A program made the translations under genes and the position numbers. Shown in pieces: positions 1 through 12,721 of a stretch of 64,000 nt of DNA. Numbering within the stretch: the first letter of the stretch is position 1; the number at the start of each line of letters is the position of its first letter. The notes under the pieces are model-generated. The model saw nothing but the letters and a program-made list of their open reading frames with translations, did not search any database and was not told where the DNA came from. The stretch is from assembly GCA_963796685.1 (NCBI GenBank), contig CAWCMR010000014.1, forward strand, positions 64,001-128,000. The letters run 5' to 3'. The stretch is from an uncultured delta proteobacterium. GTDB lineage: Bacteria; Myxococcota_A; Polyangia; Fen-1088.

Positions 1-1013
1 AGCATGACCGACGAGAGACCGGCGATGGCGCCGATCTCGACGGCGGACTCCAAGAGGTGCGAACCGGTCACCGCGATGCCGACGGCGATGGGGTTGGGGA
101 CGGATAACCTGGTGTAGTGGACGACTCCGGTCAGGATGAGCGAGACGGCGATGTAGAGAACCGTGCAGATGGCCAGCGATCCAAGGATGCCGATGGGCAG
201 GTCGCGCTGGGGGTTCTTGGTCTCCTGGGCGGCGGTCGAGACGGCGTCGAAGCCGATATACGCAAAGAACACCATGGTCGCACCTTGCAGGATGCCGGAA
301 ACACCGAACCGGCCGAAGGTGCCCTCGTTGGGCGGCACGAAGGGGACCCAGTTCGCGTGGCGGACGAAGGGCGCGGCGGCGACGATGAACATCAGCACGA
401 CCGCGACTTTGACCAGCACGATGATGCCGTTGAAGCGGGCCGACTCCTTGATTCCCACCACCAGGATGGTGGTCACCGCCAACACGATGAGCACAGCGGG
501 CAGGTTGATGATGGCCCCGGTACCGTGCAGGTGGTGCGTGGCCTCGTCCCAGATGAAGGGCGCGCGAGTCCACGTCGCCGGCAGCTCGTGGCCGGTCACG
601 TTCTTCACGAACGCACAGACGTAGCCCGACCAGCCCACGCTCACGGTGGCGGCGCCCACGAGGTATTCGAGAATCAAGTCCCAGCCGATGATCCAGGCGA
701 CAAGCTCGCCCATGGTGGCGTAGGCGTAGGTGTACGCGCTGCCGGCGATGGGTATCATGGATGCCATCTCGGCGTAGCACAGGCCCGCGAAGGCGGAGGC
801 CACGGCGGCTACCGAGAACGAGAGCGCCACGGCTGGCCCGGCGTTGGCGGCGGCGGCGCGGCCGGTGAGCACGAAGATGCCGGTGCCGATGATCCCCCCC
901 ACGCCGAGCAGGACGAGGTCGAAGGCGGTGAGGCTGCGCTTGAGCCCGTAGCCGTACTCCGCGTCCGAGCGCAACTTGTCCACGGACTTGGTCAAGAAGA
1001 GTGGGTTACCCAT
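1..1013 (-). CDS. APC-family amino acid permease (3' end outside window)
   Basis: Manual translation from ATG 1013: MGNPLFLTKSVDKLR...LKRSLTAFDLVLLGVGGIIGTGIFVLTG..AGPAVALSF, with GSAYTYAY and later FFAYIGFDAVSTAAQE motifs. Overlaps the stop of the upstream gene. Confidence 0.93.
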   Translation of the reverse strand, partial: MGNPLFLTKSVDKLRSDAEYGYGLKRSLTAFDLVLLGVGGIIGTGIFVLTGRAAAANAGPAVALSFSVAAVASAFAGLCYAEMASMIPIAGSAYTYAYATMGELVAWIIGWDLILEYLVGAATVSVGWSGYVCAFVKNVTGHELPATWTRAPFIWDEATHHLHGTGAIINLPAVLIVLAVTTILVVGIKESARFNGIIVLVKVAVVLMFIVAAAPFVRHANWVPFVPPNEGTFGRFGVSGILQGATMVFFAYIGFDAVSTAAQETKNPQRDLPIGILGSLAICTVLYIAVSLILTGVVHYTRLSVPNPIAVGIAVTGSHLLESAVEIGAIAGLSSVM

Positions 1014-2001
1014 GCGAGTTCATGCTTTCTCCGTGTGCTCCATCTCGTCCGTGCTCTCTCCTCTCGGAGGCGAGCATGGCCAGCGCGCTGTAGGTCGCCA
1101 CCGCGATCACCAGCCACAGAAGATATCCGACGGAGAGCTGGCGGACCACGTAGGCCGCCAGCAACACGCCTGGAATGCCCCCCAGGGCCAGGCCGAGGGC
1201 CGCGCGCGAGGCGTAGCTGCCGCGGCCGATGAAGCGAATCCCGCTGGTCGGCATGATGAATGCGCAAGACCCCATCATGATGGGGAAGATGGCCTTGAGA
1301 TCCATGCCGAGAAATCCGAACAGGATGAGGCTCGGTGCGTAGGCGCCGATGCCGAGGTTCATGAGCGCCCCGAAGGTGAAGTTACCCAAGAGGCCGGCGG
1401 CCATGCGCCAACCGTGCAGGCCCAGGGTTTCGCCGCCGCTGGGCAACCAATGCACGGCCTTGGCCAACATCAGACCCGCCGCGCCCAGCAGGGCGAGTCC
1501 CATGCCAATCTGGACCTTGCGTTTAGACCACGCCGAAACCACCCCGGCGCCCAGCCACGAGCCCAGGATCGAAGCCGCGATGAGCGCCACCAACGAAGGC
1601 ATTTCCACCTGGATGATGGTGATGGAGATGACCGCCTGTGCGACAGTCGGCCACATGTGCCCCACCAGCAGCGTACCGGGGATGCGGCGATCGGGAACCA
1701 TGTGGAACAGTTTGTAGATCGACGTGGTGGTGGCGTAGGAGCCGATGCCCAGGAAGTCGAAGAAATTCGTGATGAATCCAATGACGGCCTGGGCTGCCGA
1801 CGGTGGGCCGGGACGCGTGGCCGACGCGTCCTCGTCATCGTTCGACGCGGACCGGGGCTCGTCCCGCGTCCCAGCATTGCGCGCCGTCCGAAGGCGTTTC
1901 TTCGCAATATCGCGGCTCCACAGCGCGGTGAAGGCGACTCCGAACCCACCGAGCGCGATGAGCAGCAAGGATCTGGGACCCAACATTTGCGCATGGTACA
2001 C
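1006..2001 (-). CDS. TauE/SafE (TSUP) family sulfite exporter-like membrane protein
   Basis: Multi-TM protein with internally repeated GFITNFFDFLGIGSYA / GALMNLGIGAYAP motifs. ATG 1986 is an alternative start. Confidence 0.8.
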   Translation of the reverse strand: MYHAQMLGPRSLLLIALGGFGVAFTALWSRDIAKKRLRTARNAGTRDEPRSASNDDEDASATRPGPPSAAQAVIGFITNFFDFLGIGSYATTTSIYKLFHMVPDRRIPGTLLVGHMWPTVAQAVISITIIQVEMPSLVALIAASILGSWLGAGVVSAWSKRKVQIGMGLALLGAAGLMLAKAVHWLPSGGETLGLHGWRMAAGLLGNFTFGALMNLGIGAYAPSLILFGFLGMDLKAIFPIMMGSCAFIMPTSGIRFIGRGSYASRAALGLALGGIPGVLLAAYVVRQLSVGYLLWLVIAVATYSALAMLASERREHGRDGAHGESMNSHG

Positions 2002-2137
2002 CGAGCCTTGTCGTGTGGGGAGACGGGCTGGCTTGTTCCTTTGCCCGCGGCCTGTGCCGGCGGCGACTCAAGTTATGACGGCCCTTCCGCCGATGCTGTC
2101 TTGGTTGGGATTGGCTGCCCATGGGTCAAAGTGCAAC

Positions 2138-3328
2138 GTGACGGGGATTGAACACGGCGAGACCGAGGACTTGAGCCCTGCTCTTGGGGGTGGTCGTTCC
2201 GCGATCCTGGTCGTCGATGACGACGAGGAGTTCATGCGCGCGTGCGTTCGCGTCCTGGAGGCTTGGGGCTATCTGGTGTCGCGGGCAACGTCGAGCGAAG
2301 CCGCACTGGAGATGGCGGGCGAGCGCTCCTTCGACGCGATCCTCACCGACATCAATCTGCCCGGGTCGAGCGGTCTCGATGTCCTGCGCGTCGTGCGCAG
2401 CCGCGACAAGGACGTTCCGGTCATTCTGATGACCGGAGGACCCGAGCTCGAAACCGCGCGGTTGGCGGTGGAATGGGGCGCCCAAAGCTATCTCATCAAG
2501 CCGCTCGCCATGCCGCAGCTCAAGGAAGTCCTGGAACGAACCATCCGCGCCTACCACCTGGCGCGACGGCAGCGGCAGATTCTGGCGGTCAGCGATCGCT
2601 TGGCGCGTGAGACCGAGGCGCTGCGCGATCAGTTCGGCCGTACCCTCGATGGCCTGTGGATGGCCTTTCAACCCATCGTCTCCTGGTCGCAGAAGACTGT
2701 GGTCGCGTACGAGGCGCTCATGCGCAGCACCGATCCCACGCTGCACCTGCCCATCGACATCCTCAATGTCGCCGAATCGCTGGGAGAAGTTCACACCCTT
2801 GGACACAAGACGCGCGGCCTCATCGCCGAGGTGCTGGAGAACCATCGTGATTTGCCGGGCGTCTTCATCAACCTTCACGTCCTGGACCTCTTGGACGAGC
2901 AACTCTACGCGCCGGACAGCTCGCTGCGACCGTTCGCCTCGCGCATCCATTTCGAGATCACCGAGCGCATGGCCATCGAAAAGATCCCTGACACGCACGA
3001 TCGCATCGAGCGTCTGCGCAAGCTCGGCTACAAGATCGCCGTCGACGATCTGGGCGAAGGCTATTCCGGCCTGAACAGTTTCGCGGACTTGGAGCCGGAC
3101 GCCGTCAAGCTCGACATGTCCTTGATTCGAGGCATCGATCGCGCGCCGACCAAACGCCGGATGGTCCATGCCCTGGCCACCTTGTGCCGCGAGCTTGGTA
3201 CGCCGCTGGTGGCCGAAGGCGTGGAAACCCAAGCCGAGCTCGATATTTTGATCGATCTGGGAGCGGATTGGCTGCAGGGCTACCTGTTCGCCCGTCCCGA
3301 CTACCCGTTCCCGGTGCCGCGGATGTAG
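2138..3328 (+). CDS. Response regulator with EAL c-di-GMP phosphodiesterase domain (REC-EAL)
   Basis: ILVVDDD...TDINLPG..G receiver domain, then FQPIV, YEALMR, FEITE, VDDLGEGYS, VKLD, AEGVET and QGYLF motifs. Start uncertain (GTG 2138 or TTG 2171). Confidence 0.92.
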   Translation: MTGIEHGETEDLSPALGGGRSAILVVDDDEEFMRACVRVLEAWGYLVSRATSSEAALEMAGERSFDAILTDINLPGSSGLDVLRVVRSRDKDVPVILMTGGPELETARLAVEWGAQSYLIKPLAMPQLKEVLERTIRAYHLARRQRQILAVSDRLARETEALRDQFGRTLDGLWMAFQPIVSWSQKTVVAYEALMRSTDPTLHLPIDILNVAESLGEVHTLGHKTRGLIAEVLENHRDLPGVFINLHVLDLLDEQLYAPDSSLRPFASRIHFEITERMAIEKIPDTHDRIERLRKLGYKIAVDDLGEGYSGLNSFADLEPDAVKLDMSLIRGIDRAPTKRRMVHALATLCRELGTPLVAEGVETQAELDILIDLGADWLQGYLFARPDYPFPVPRM

Positions 3329-3461
3329 GCTGAATTCCGTGTGATTCGGGCGGCGAACTGGGCCGTCTCGCGGGGCGAGAATTGTGTTGCGCCCCACGAA
3401 CAGGAGACGTAAGAACAGGTCGCTTTCTTTCCCCAAAAGCACTTCACGGAGGACCCACGAA

Positions 3462-7052
<3,591 letters not shown>

Positions 7053-7077
7053 TTCCTGGTCTCGCATCGCCGTAAGC

Positions 7078-7130
7078 AAGGGCCGAGAGACGCTCCATCG
7101 AGGGCGCGCTCCTCGGCCCTTCGCTTTTTC
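7078..7130 (+). terminator. Intrinsic terminator after PFOR
   Basis: Stem AAGGGCCGAG/CTCGGCCCTT followed by CGCTTTTT, between convergent genes. Confidence 0.65.
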
Positions 7131-7142
7131 ACCGCGACGCTC

Positions 7143-9206
7143 TCAGCTGCTCGGGGCGCTCTCCGCGACGCGTTCCAAGACATCGAGCAAGGTCGCGCGA
7201 TCGAATGGCTTGGCAAGTGCGCCCCTGAACCCGTGCCGGGGGTAATCTCGCATGACCTCGTCTTCGCTGTGTCCGCTCATGACCACGATCCGGGCCGAAG
7301 GATTGCTCGCGAGTAGGGCACGCGCCGCTTCCTTGCCCCCCATGGCGCCCCGAACGGTCAGGTCCAAAATGACCACGTCGAACCGGCGACCGTCTTGCCT
7401 GGCCTTGCGGTAGAGTTCCATGGCGCTCTCTCCATCCGCCGCGAGCCCGACCTCGCACCCCATCTGTCTCAGCATCCTGGCCATGACCGTGCGCATGGTG
7501 GGCTCGTCGTCCATGATCAGCACCCGCCCTCGCCATCCGCGGTCGTCGTCCTGGTTCGCCTTGGTATCCAAGTTGCGTCGAGGGGAAGCCGGAAGATAGA
7601 CATGAAAGGTCGTGCCGGTCGGGCTTGAAGCCACGGTGATGGCACCTGCGTGCTTCTTCACCACGGAGTGGCAGATGGTCAGCCCCAACCCCATTCCCTT
7701 GTCGGTTCCCCTCATCTTGGTCGAGAAGTAGGGATCGAAAATCTTGGGCAACACCTCGGGCGGGATTCCGGTGCCCTGATCTGCCACTTCGATCTGCACG
7801 TAGTCTCCCGGTGGAAGCGCTGCTGTTCCCTGGCCCAGCACCACGTTGCTCGCTCGGAGAGTGACCACGCCTCCCTTCGGCATCGCCTCGCGTGCATTGA
7901 GAACCAGGTTGCGAATCACTTGACCAATCTGGCCGCCATCGACCTCGGCCAGCGAGAGCTCCGGGGCAACGAACACCTCGCTGCGAACACTGGAGCCACT
8001 CAAGACCAGAGAGAAGGACTCGCGCAGCAGCTTGCCCAGATCGGTCGGCTGGCGGACCGAGGCTCCACCTCGCGCGAACGTGATGAGCTGCTGGGTGAGG
8101 CTCTTGGCGGCCAGCACGGAGCGTTCGATCTCTTCGATGCTCTCTCGCATTTCGTCGACCGTGCTTTTGTTCGAACAAGCTGTTTGCAAGCTCATCAGCA
8201 TGCCGGCGAGAAGATTGTTGAAGTCGTGGGCGATCCCACCGGCCAGGATTCCCGTGGATTCCAGCTTGCCGAGCACCAGGCGATCGTGCTCGGCTTGCTT
8301 GCGGGCCGTGATGTCGAGATGCGTACCGACGATGCGCATCGGACGCCCGGAGGCGTCGCGGAAGACGTGCCCTTTCGACTCGACCCAATGCTCCTGACGA
8401 TCGGATCGGGTCACGCGGTATTCCCAGCAGTCGTCCTCTCGATCCGAGCCGAGCCATCCTTTGAAGAAGTTGTCCAGGCCGACCCGATCGTCTTCGACGA
8501 CCCGCTCGCGCCAACTCGCGTAGTTGCCGGCGAAGGTTCCTCGGGGCAACCCGAAGATCTCTTCCGCCTCCCCGGACCAGAACACGTCTTCACGCGCGAG
8601 ATTCCAGTCGAAGACACCCACGTGGCCCGCTCGCTGGGCCAGCGCCGACCGTGCCTCGCTTTCCCGCAATGCACTCTCCGCCCGTTCGCGAAGCGTGACG
8701 TCACGGACGATCCCGATGAGATCGTGCCCAACGAAGGGCAACAGACGCATCTCGTAGAAGGGCCCCTGACCATCTCGACCGGTCGAGTACTCGAACGCGA
8801 CGGCGGTCTGGGAGTGCCGCGCCTGTTCCACGCCACTCCAGAATTGCTGGGCGGCCTCGGAAAACGCGTCGCCGGGCGAGGAATGCTCGAGGCCACGGAT
8901 GGCCGGGGCTTCCAATACCGAGCCTCCTTGCATGACGGCGCAGATTCGATTGTCGGCCTGCACGCGGAACAGGAGGTCGGGCAGAACCTGCAGCACTCCA
9001 CGGAGCTCGGCGTTCGCGTCGTGCAACTCCTTCGAGCTCAGCTCCAGGGCACGCTCGACCAGAAGCCGACCGGCGTCGGACTCGTCATAAGCCTGACTCA
9101 CGGCCTGCAGGAAACCGTGCCATTCGTGCGGCACGGGTTTGTCGCTGCCGAAGAAACGTCGCCACTGCCTGCGCAGCAATACGTGGAACGCCTGCATGCC
9201 TTCCAC
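7143..9206 (-). CDS. PAS-domain hybrid sensor histidine kinase (PAS-PAS-HisKA-HATPase-REC)
   Basis: H-box LAGGIAHDFNNLL, N-box NLVLNAREAM, DQGTGI, FDPYFSTK, GLGL, and a C-terminal receiver VLIMDDE..LDLT. Confidence 0.95.
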   Translation of the reverse strand: MEGMQAFHVLLRRQWRRFFGSDKPVPHEWHGFLQAVSQAYDESDAGRLLVERALELSSKELHDANAELRGVLQVLPDLLFRVQADNRICAVMQGGSVLEAPAIRGLEHSSPGDAFSEAAQQFWSGVEQARHSQTAVAFEYSTGRDGQGPFYEMRLLPFVGHDLIGIVRDVTLRERAESALRESEARSALAQRAGHVGVFDWNLAREDVFWSGEAEEIFGLPRGTFAGNYASWRERVVEDDRVGLDNFFKGWLGSDREDDCWEYRVTRSDRQEHWVESKGHVFRDASGRPMRIVGTHLDITARKQAEHDRLVLGKLESTGILAGGIAHDFNNLLAGMLMSLQTACSNKSTVDEMRESIEEIERSVLAAKSLTQQLITFARGGASVRQPTDLGKLLRESFSLVLSGSSVRSEVFVAPELSLAEVDGGQIGQVIRNLVLNAREAMPKGGVVTLRASNVVLGQGTAALPPGDYVQIEVADQGTGIPPEVLPKIFDPYFSTKMRGTDKGMGLGLTICHSVVKKHAGAITVASSPTGTTFHVYLPASPRRNLDTKANQDDDRGWRGRVLIMDDEPTMRTVMARMLRQMGCEVGLAADGESAMELYRKARQDGRRFDVVILDLTVRGAMGGKEAARALLASNPSARIVVMSGHSEDEVMRDYPRHGFRGALAKPFDRATLLDVLERVAESAPSS

Positions 9207-9207
9207 G

Positions 9208-10350
9208 TCAGTCTTCGAGCATGCTCGTGATGCTTATGGTCTCATTGTGCAGCTCGGGAAGGCAGGCCCCCTCGGGAGAGCCGATCTCGCCGTAGGAGTA
9301 AAACCCGGTCATCGCGGTCTGCTCGCCGAAGGCGTCCTGGATTGCCTCCACCTCTTCCTCGGTCCTCTGCGAAAGGATCTCACGCCGGCCGGCACAGCTC
9401 ACGACGAGAGACAGGCTGGGATGGGGGCGGCCGAGGTTCGCCAGGTTTGCTTTGGCTGCCTTCTGCGCCCCGCTGACCAGATCCTCGATCTGCCCCATCA
9501 TGAATCGCGCATAGGAGCCTTGGGGAACCTCGCTGGCGTAGGTAATGCTTTGCTCCTTTTCGTCCACGGCCAGCAATGCGCGCAACACCCGGTTCTTGTG
9601 CTCGGAATTGGACAGCTCGAGCGGAAAAAGATGTCCCGACGCCGGCAATCCGGCCGCATGTTCGCCCAGATATTGTTTGTAGAGCGCCAACGCCGGCCGG
9701 CCGTCGAACTCGTAGACCACGTTGCGCTGCGATCGCGTGATCAATCGGTCGGGGCCAAACGGGCGCCACCCTCCGGTGACCGAGAGGCCGATGTGCAGGC
9801 GCTCGCCGTAGAACCCGAGGGCGACGACGGTCTCGGATAGGGGCTCGCTGTCGCACCAGACGTGCGTGGAACGAAACAACGCTGGATCCGCGGCAAACCC
9901 GCCCGACGCGGACACGCCGGCCGGCAGCGCGCTGGAGATGCCCTTGACCATGTCTCCGCCGTAGACTCGCAAACCTTCGCAGAGAACGAAGACGTGTCGC
10001 AGGCCATCGGGGGGAAGCTGCCGGATCGCCGCTTGGCCGGCCGCGAAGCTGCCGTCGAGGCCCTCAATGTGGACCCGGCCCGTCGCCAGCCGAGTGTGCT
10101 CGAACGTGACGGCGGTGAGGACGAGGGTCCCGTTGCGGACTTGCGTTTTGAGGATCTCGCCCGCCGTCGTACAACCAAAGACGTGCGCCGCAGGGAACGC
10201 CTGTCGCACGAGCGATTGGCACTCTCGGTCGCCGACCAGCTCGACGTCGCCAAAGAGCAGAACCAACTGCACCACACGCCGCGGTTCTCGAAAGGGCAGC
10301 GTTGGGTTCCAACCGCCGGTCTTCGTCAATTCGAACTGCTCGATCTTCAT
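9208..10350 (-). CDS. FIST N/C domain (NosP-like) signal transduction protein
   Basis: GCTTAGEI, GGFAAD, GWRPFG, VYEFDGRPAL, SCAGR and GFYSYGEI motifs. Directly upstream of the kinase. Confidence 0.92.
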   Translation of the reverse strand: MKIEQFELTKTGGWNPTLPFREPRRVVQLVLLFGDVELVGDRECQSLVRQAFPAAHVFGCTTAGEILKTQVRNGTLVLTAVTFEHTRLATGRVHIEGLDGSFAAGQAAIRQLPPDGLRHVFVLCEGLRVYGGDMVKGISSALPAGVSASGGFAADPALFRSTHVWCDSEPLSETVVALGFYGERLHIGLSVTGGWRPFGPDRLITRSQRNVVYEFDGRPALALYKQYLGEHAAGLPASGHLFPLELSNSEHKNRVLRALLAVDEKEQSITYASEVPQGSYARFMMGQIEDLVSGAQKAAKANLANLGRPHPSLSLVVSCAGRREILSQRTEEEVEAIQDAFGEQTAMTGFYSYGEIGSPEGACLPELHNETISITSMLED

Positions 10351-10492
10351 CGACACACCTCAGATGTGGGGAAAGACCTCTCGCTCGTCGCCCGCTGGCG
10401 GACAGTCTACCGGCTTCCATTGTATCTTCATTGCCCTACTCAGGGAAGGCGAATCCCCGAGGCGGTCGAAAGCACAGTCGAAACAGGGCCGA

Positions 10493-10912
10493 TCACTCGG
10501 CTTGGCCGAGCCTTCGCTTCTCTTGCACGCGAGCGATGGCCTGCAAGGCCGGCTGGCTCTTGCGGTCGTTCCCCGCAGCCCACTTGGCCAGCAGATCTTC
10601 GCACGCGGAGCGGACCTCGGGGCTTTTGTCGTAGACCGCGAAGTGCTGAAGAATCGCAACCGACTCGGGCTCGCCGATGGCGGCCAGGGCGGAAATCAGG
10701 TTGACCTTTCCGTTGGGCGCCGCCGTGTGCAGGGCAGTCTCGATCTGCGGGACGGCCCTTCGGCCGATCTTGCGCAGGCGCTCGCGGGCCAGACCGGGAA
10801 ATTCGCCGTTCTTCAGCACGTCGATGGCCGCGCCGATCTCGCGGTAGGACCGATCCTCGCAGGCGGGCAGCACAAGCAGCGCGACCACGGACAGGAAGAC
10901 TAGACGTCGCAC
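10493..10912 (-). CDS. Small lipoprotein with HEAT-like repeats
   Basis: Signal peptide with lipobox-like LPA-C, then helical repeats (LISALAAIG, SPEVRSACEDLL). Overlaps the dusB stop. Confidence 0.65.
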   Translation of the reverse strand: MRRLVFLSVVALLVLPACEDRSYREIGAAIDVLKNGEFPGLARERLRKIGRRAVPQIETALHTAAPNGKVNLISALAAIGEPESVAILQHFAVYDKSPEVRSACEDLLAKWAAGNDRKSQPALQAIARVQEKRRLGQAE

Positions 10913-12003
10913 GTTTGCAGATCCTTCTCCGACCGGTCGGCAAGGCGGCGGGCATGGCGCTCCACGCACTTGGTTTCCGTCGAGACGGCGGGCTCACGCA
11001 AATCGCCGCCATGGACAGCCTCGCGCTTTGCCAGCGCGGCGAAGAACGCCTCGCCCAAATCGAGAAGCGCGGGAGGACTGCTCTCGGAAAAAGCACGGTG
11101 CCGCATCTCTGCGCCGCTGTGCAGGCCGCGCGAGTACCAAGCCAGGGTCTTGCGCAGCTCGTGCAGCACCATCTTCGGGGCGGCGTATTCGATGACGAGC
11201 TCGGCGTGGCGGCGCCAAACCGTACGGCGCTCGGCCACCGAGGGAGGATCGGGCAAGGGATGACCTTCCTCGACCGCGCGGACGGCACGGAACAGCCACG
11301 GATTGCCCCGCGCCGCGCGGCCGATCATCGCGGCATCGCAACCGGTTTCCCGTTTCATGTCGAGGTAATCGGCCACGGATTGGATGTCGCCGTTGCCGAC
11401 CACCGGAATCCGGCGGGGCAGGGCGGCGCGCACGTCGGCGATGGGGGCCAGTCGAACCGTACCCGAGAATCCCTGCGCCCGCGTGCGGCCGTGAACCGTC
11501 ACGAGTGCCGCCCCGGCTGCGACCATGCGGCGGGCGAAGGCGGCCGCGTTCAGCGAGAGATCATCCCAGCCGGCGCGGTGCTTGACCGTGACCGGGATGC
11601 TCTCTGGCAGGGCTGCGCGCACGGCTGCCACGATGCCGGCCGCCAGGTCGGGCTCGCGCATGAGCGCGGAGCCGCACAGCCCGGCCGTCACCTTGCGTGC
11701 CGGACATCCCATGTTGATGTCGACGATGCTGGCGCCGATGTCCGCCGCCATGCGTGCCGCCTGCGCCAAGACCTCCGGCTCACGGCCGAAGACCTGCACC
11801 CCGAAGCGTCGGCCCCCAAGGCTTGCCCACATGCGCCCCGTTGCCTTCACCGCGCCACGGGTCAGCGCCTGCGCGGACAGAAACTCGGTGTAGGTCAGCG
11901 CGGCGCCATGTTCTTCGCACACGGTGCGGAACGGCAGATCGGTCACCGCCTCCATGGGCGCCAGCAGCGCGCCCGCGCCGATGTCGATGTCGCCAATCCG
12001 CAT
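10900..12003 (-). CDS. dusB: tRNA-dihydrouridine synthase
   Basis: LAPMEAVTDLPFR, DINMGCP, GSALMREP, VHGRTR, GNGDI, MIGRAARGNPWLF. Confidence 0.93.
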   Translation of the reverse strand: MRIGDIDIGAGALLAPMEAVTDLPFRTVCEEHGAALTYTEFLSAQALTRGAVKATGRMWASLGGRRFGVQVFGREPEVLAQAARMAADIGASIVDINMGCPARKVTAGLCGSALMREPDLAAGIVAAVRAALPESIPVTVKHRAGWDDLSLNAAAFARRMVAAGAALVTVHGRTRAQGFSGTVRLAPIADVRAALPRRIPVVGNGDIQSVADYLDMKRETGCDAAMIGRAARGNPWLFRAVRAVEEGHPLPDPPSVAERRTVWRRHAELVIEYAAPKMVLHELRKTLAWYSRGLHSGAEMRHRAFSESSPPALLDLGEAFFAALAKREAVHGGDLREPAVSTETKCVERHARRLADRSEKDLQTCDV

Positions 12004-12035
12004 AAGGCCCGAACCATAGCACGCGCGGTTTTGTC

Positions 12036-12060
12036 GTAGGGGCGGGTTTCAAACCCGCCC
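12036..12060. repeat. GTAG-type REP-like palindrome
   Basis: GTAG tetranucleotide followed by the hairpin GGGCGGGTTT-C-AAACCCGCCC. Confidence 0.65.
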
Positions 12061-12117
12061 AGGGTTCAAACCGTTCTGTGATCCAGGGTCCCTTTTTGTA
12101 GTAATCAGGCCGGTACC

Positions 12118-12453
12118 ATGCGAACCGTAGGACTTCTGATAGCGAGCAATCTGTTCATGACCGTGGCCTGGTACGGGCACCTGCGCTTCAAGGGCGTGGC
12201 CTTGTGGAAGGTCGTCCTGGTCAGTTGGGGGATCGCCTTTTTCGAGTACTGCCTGCAGGTGCCGGCCAATCGCTGGGGGTATGGCCAATTCAGCGCCTAC
12301 CAGCTGAAGATTATGCAGGAAGTTATAACGCTCTTCGTGTTCGTCGCCTTTTCGGCCTTATGGCTGGGCGAGGCACCGCGCTGGAACCACCTGGTAGCCT
12401 TCGGGCTCATCGTGGCCGCGGTCGGCTTCGCATTTTTGCCTCGGGTCGCCTAG
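12118..12453 (+). CDS. DMT-superfamily small membrane protein (DUF486-like)
   Basis: SNLFMTVAWYGHL, SWGIAFFEYCLQVPANR, QLKIMQEVITL. Confidence 0.9.
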   Translation: MRTVGLLIASNLFMTVAWYGHLRFKGVALWKVVLVSWGIAFFEYCLQVPANRWGYGQFSAYQLKIMQEVITLFVFVAFSALWLGEAPRWNHLVAFGLIVAAVGFAFLPRVA

Positions 12454-12615
12454 GAGGCTGGTGTTACATGGCGGACCGAGCTCTGGCGGAGCGAGGAGCC
12501 CCGGCCGCGAGGCGCGAGGAGGGCGAATACTGGACGTATTTAACCGACGAGCAACGAAGCGGGCGGGGCCCGCAGCCCGCCAAGCGACGGGAGCCGTTTG
12601 ACACCAGCCTCCTAG
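12450..12615. mobile_element. MITE-like 166-bp element
   Basis: Perfect 15-bp terminal inverted repeat CTAGGAGGCTGGTGT ... ACACCAGCCTCCTAG and no transposase. Confidence 0.7.
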
Positions 12616-12721
12616 CACCGGTCCTTCGTGGTGGACGTGAAAGCTCGACGCGTCTCAAAATGCGACCCAAGGCAGCTTGAAACGAGCGCGAAACGTACAG
12701 ATGGGTTAATGTGCTCCTCTC

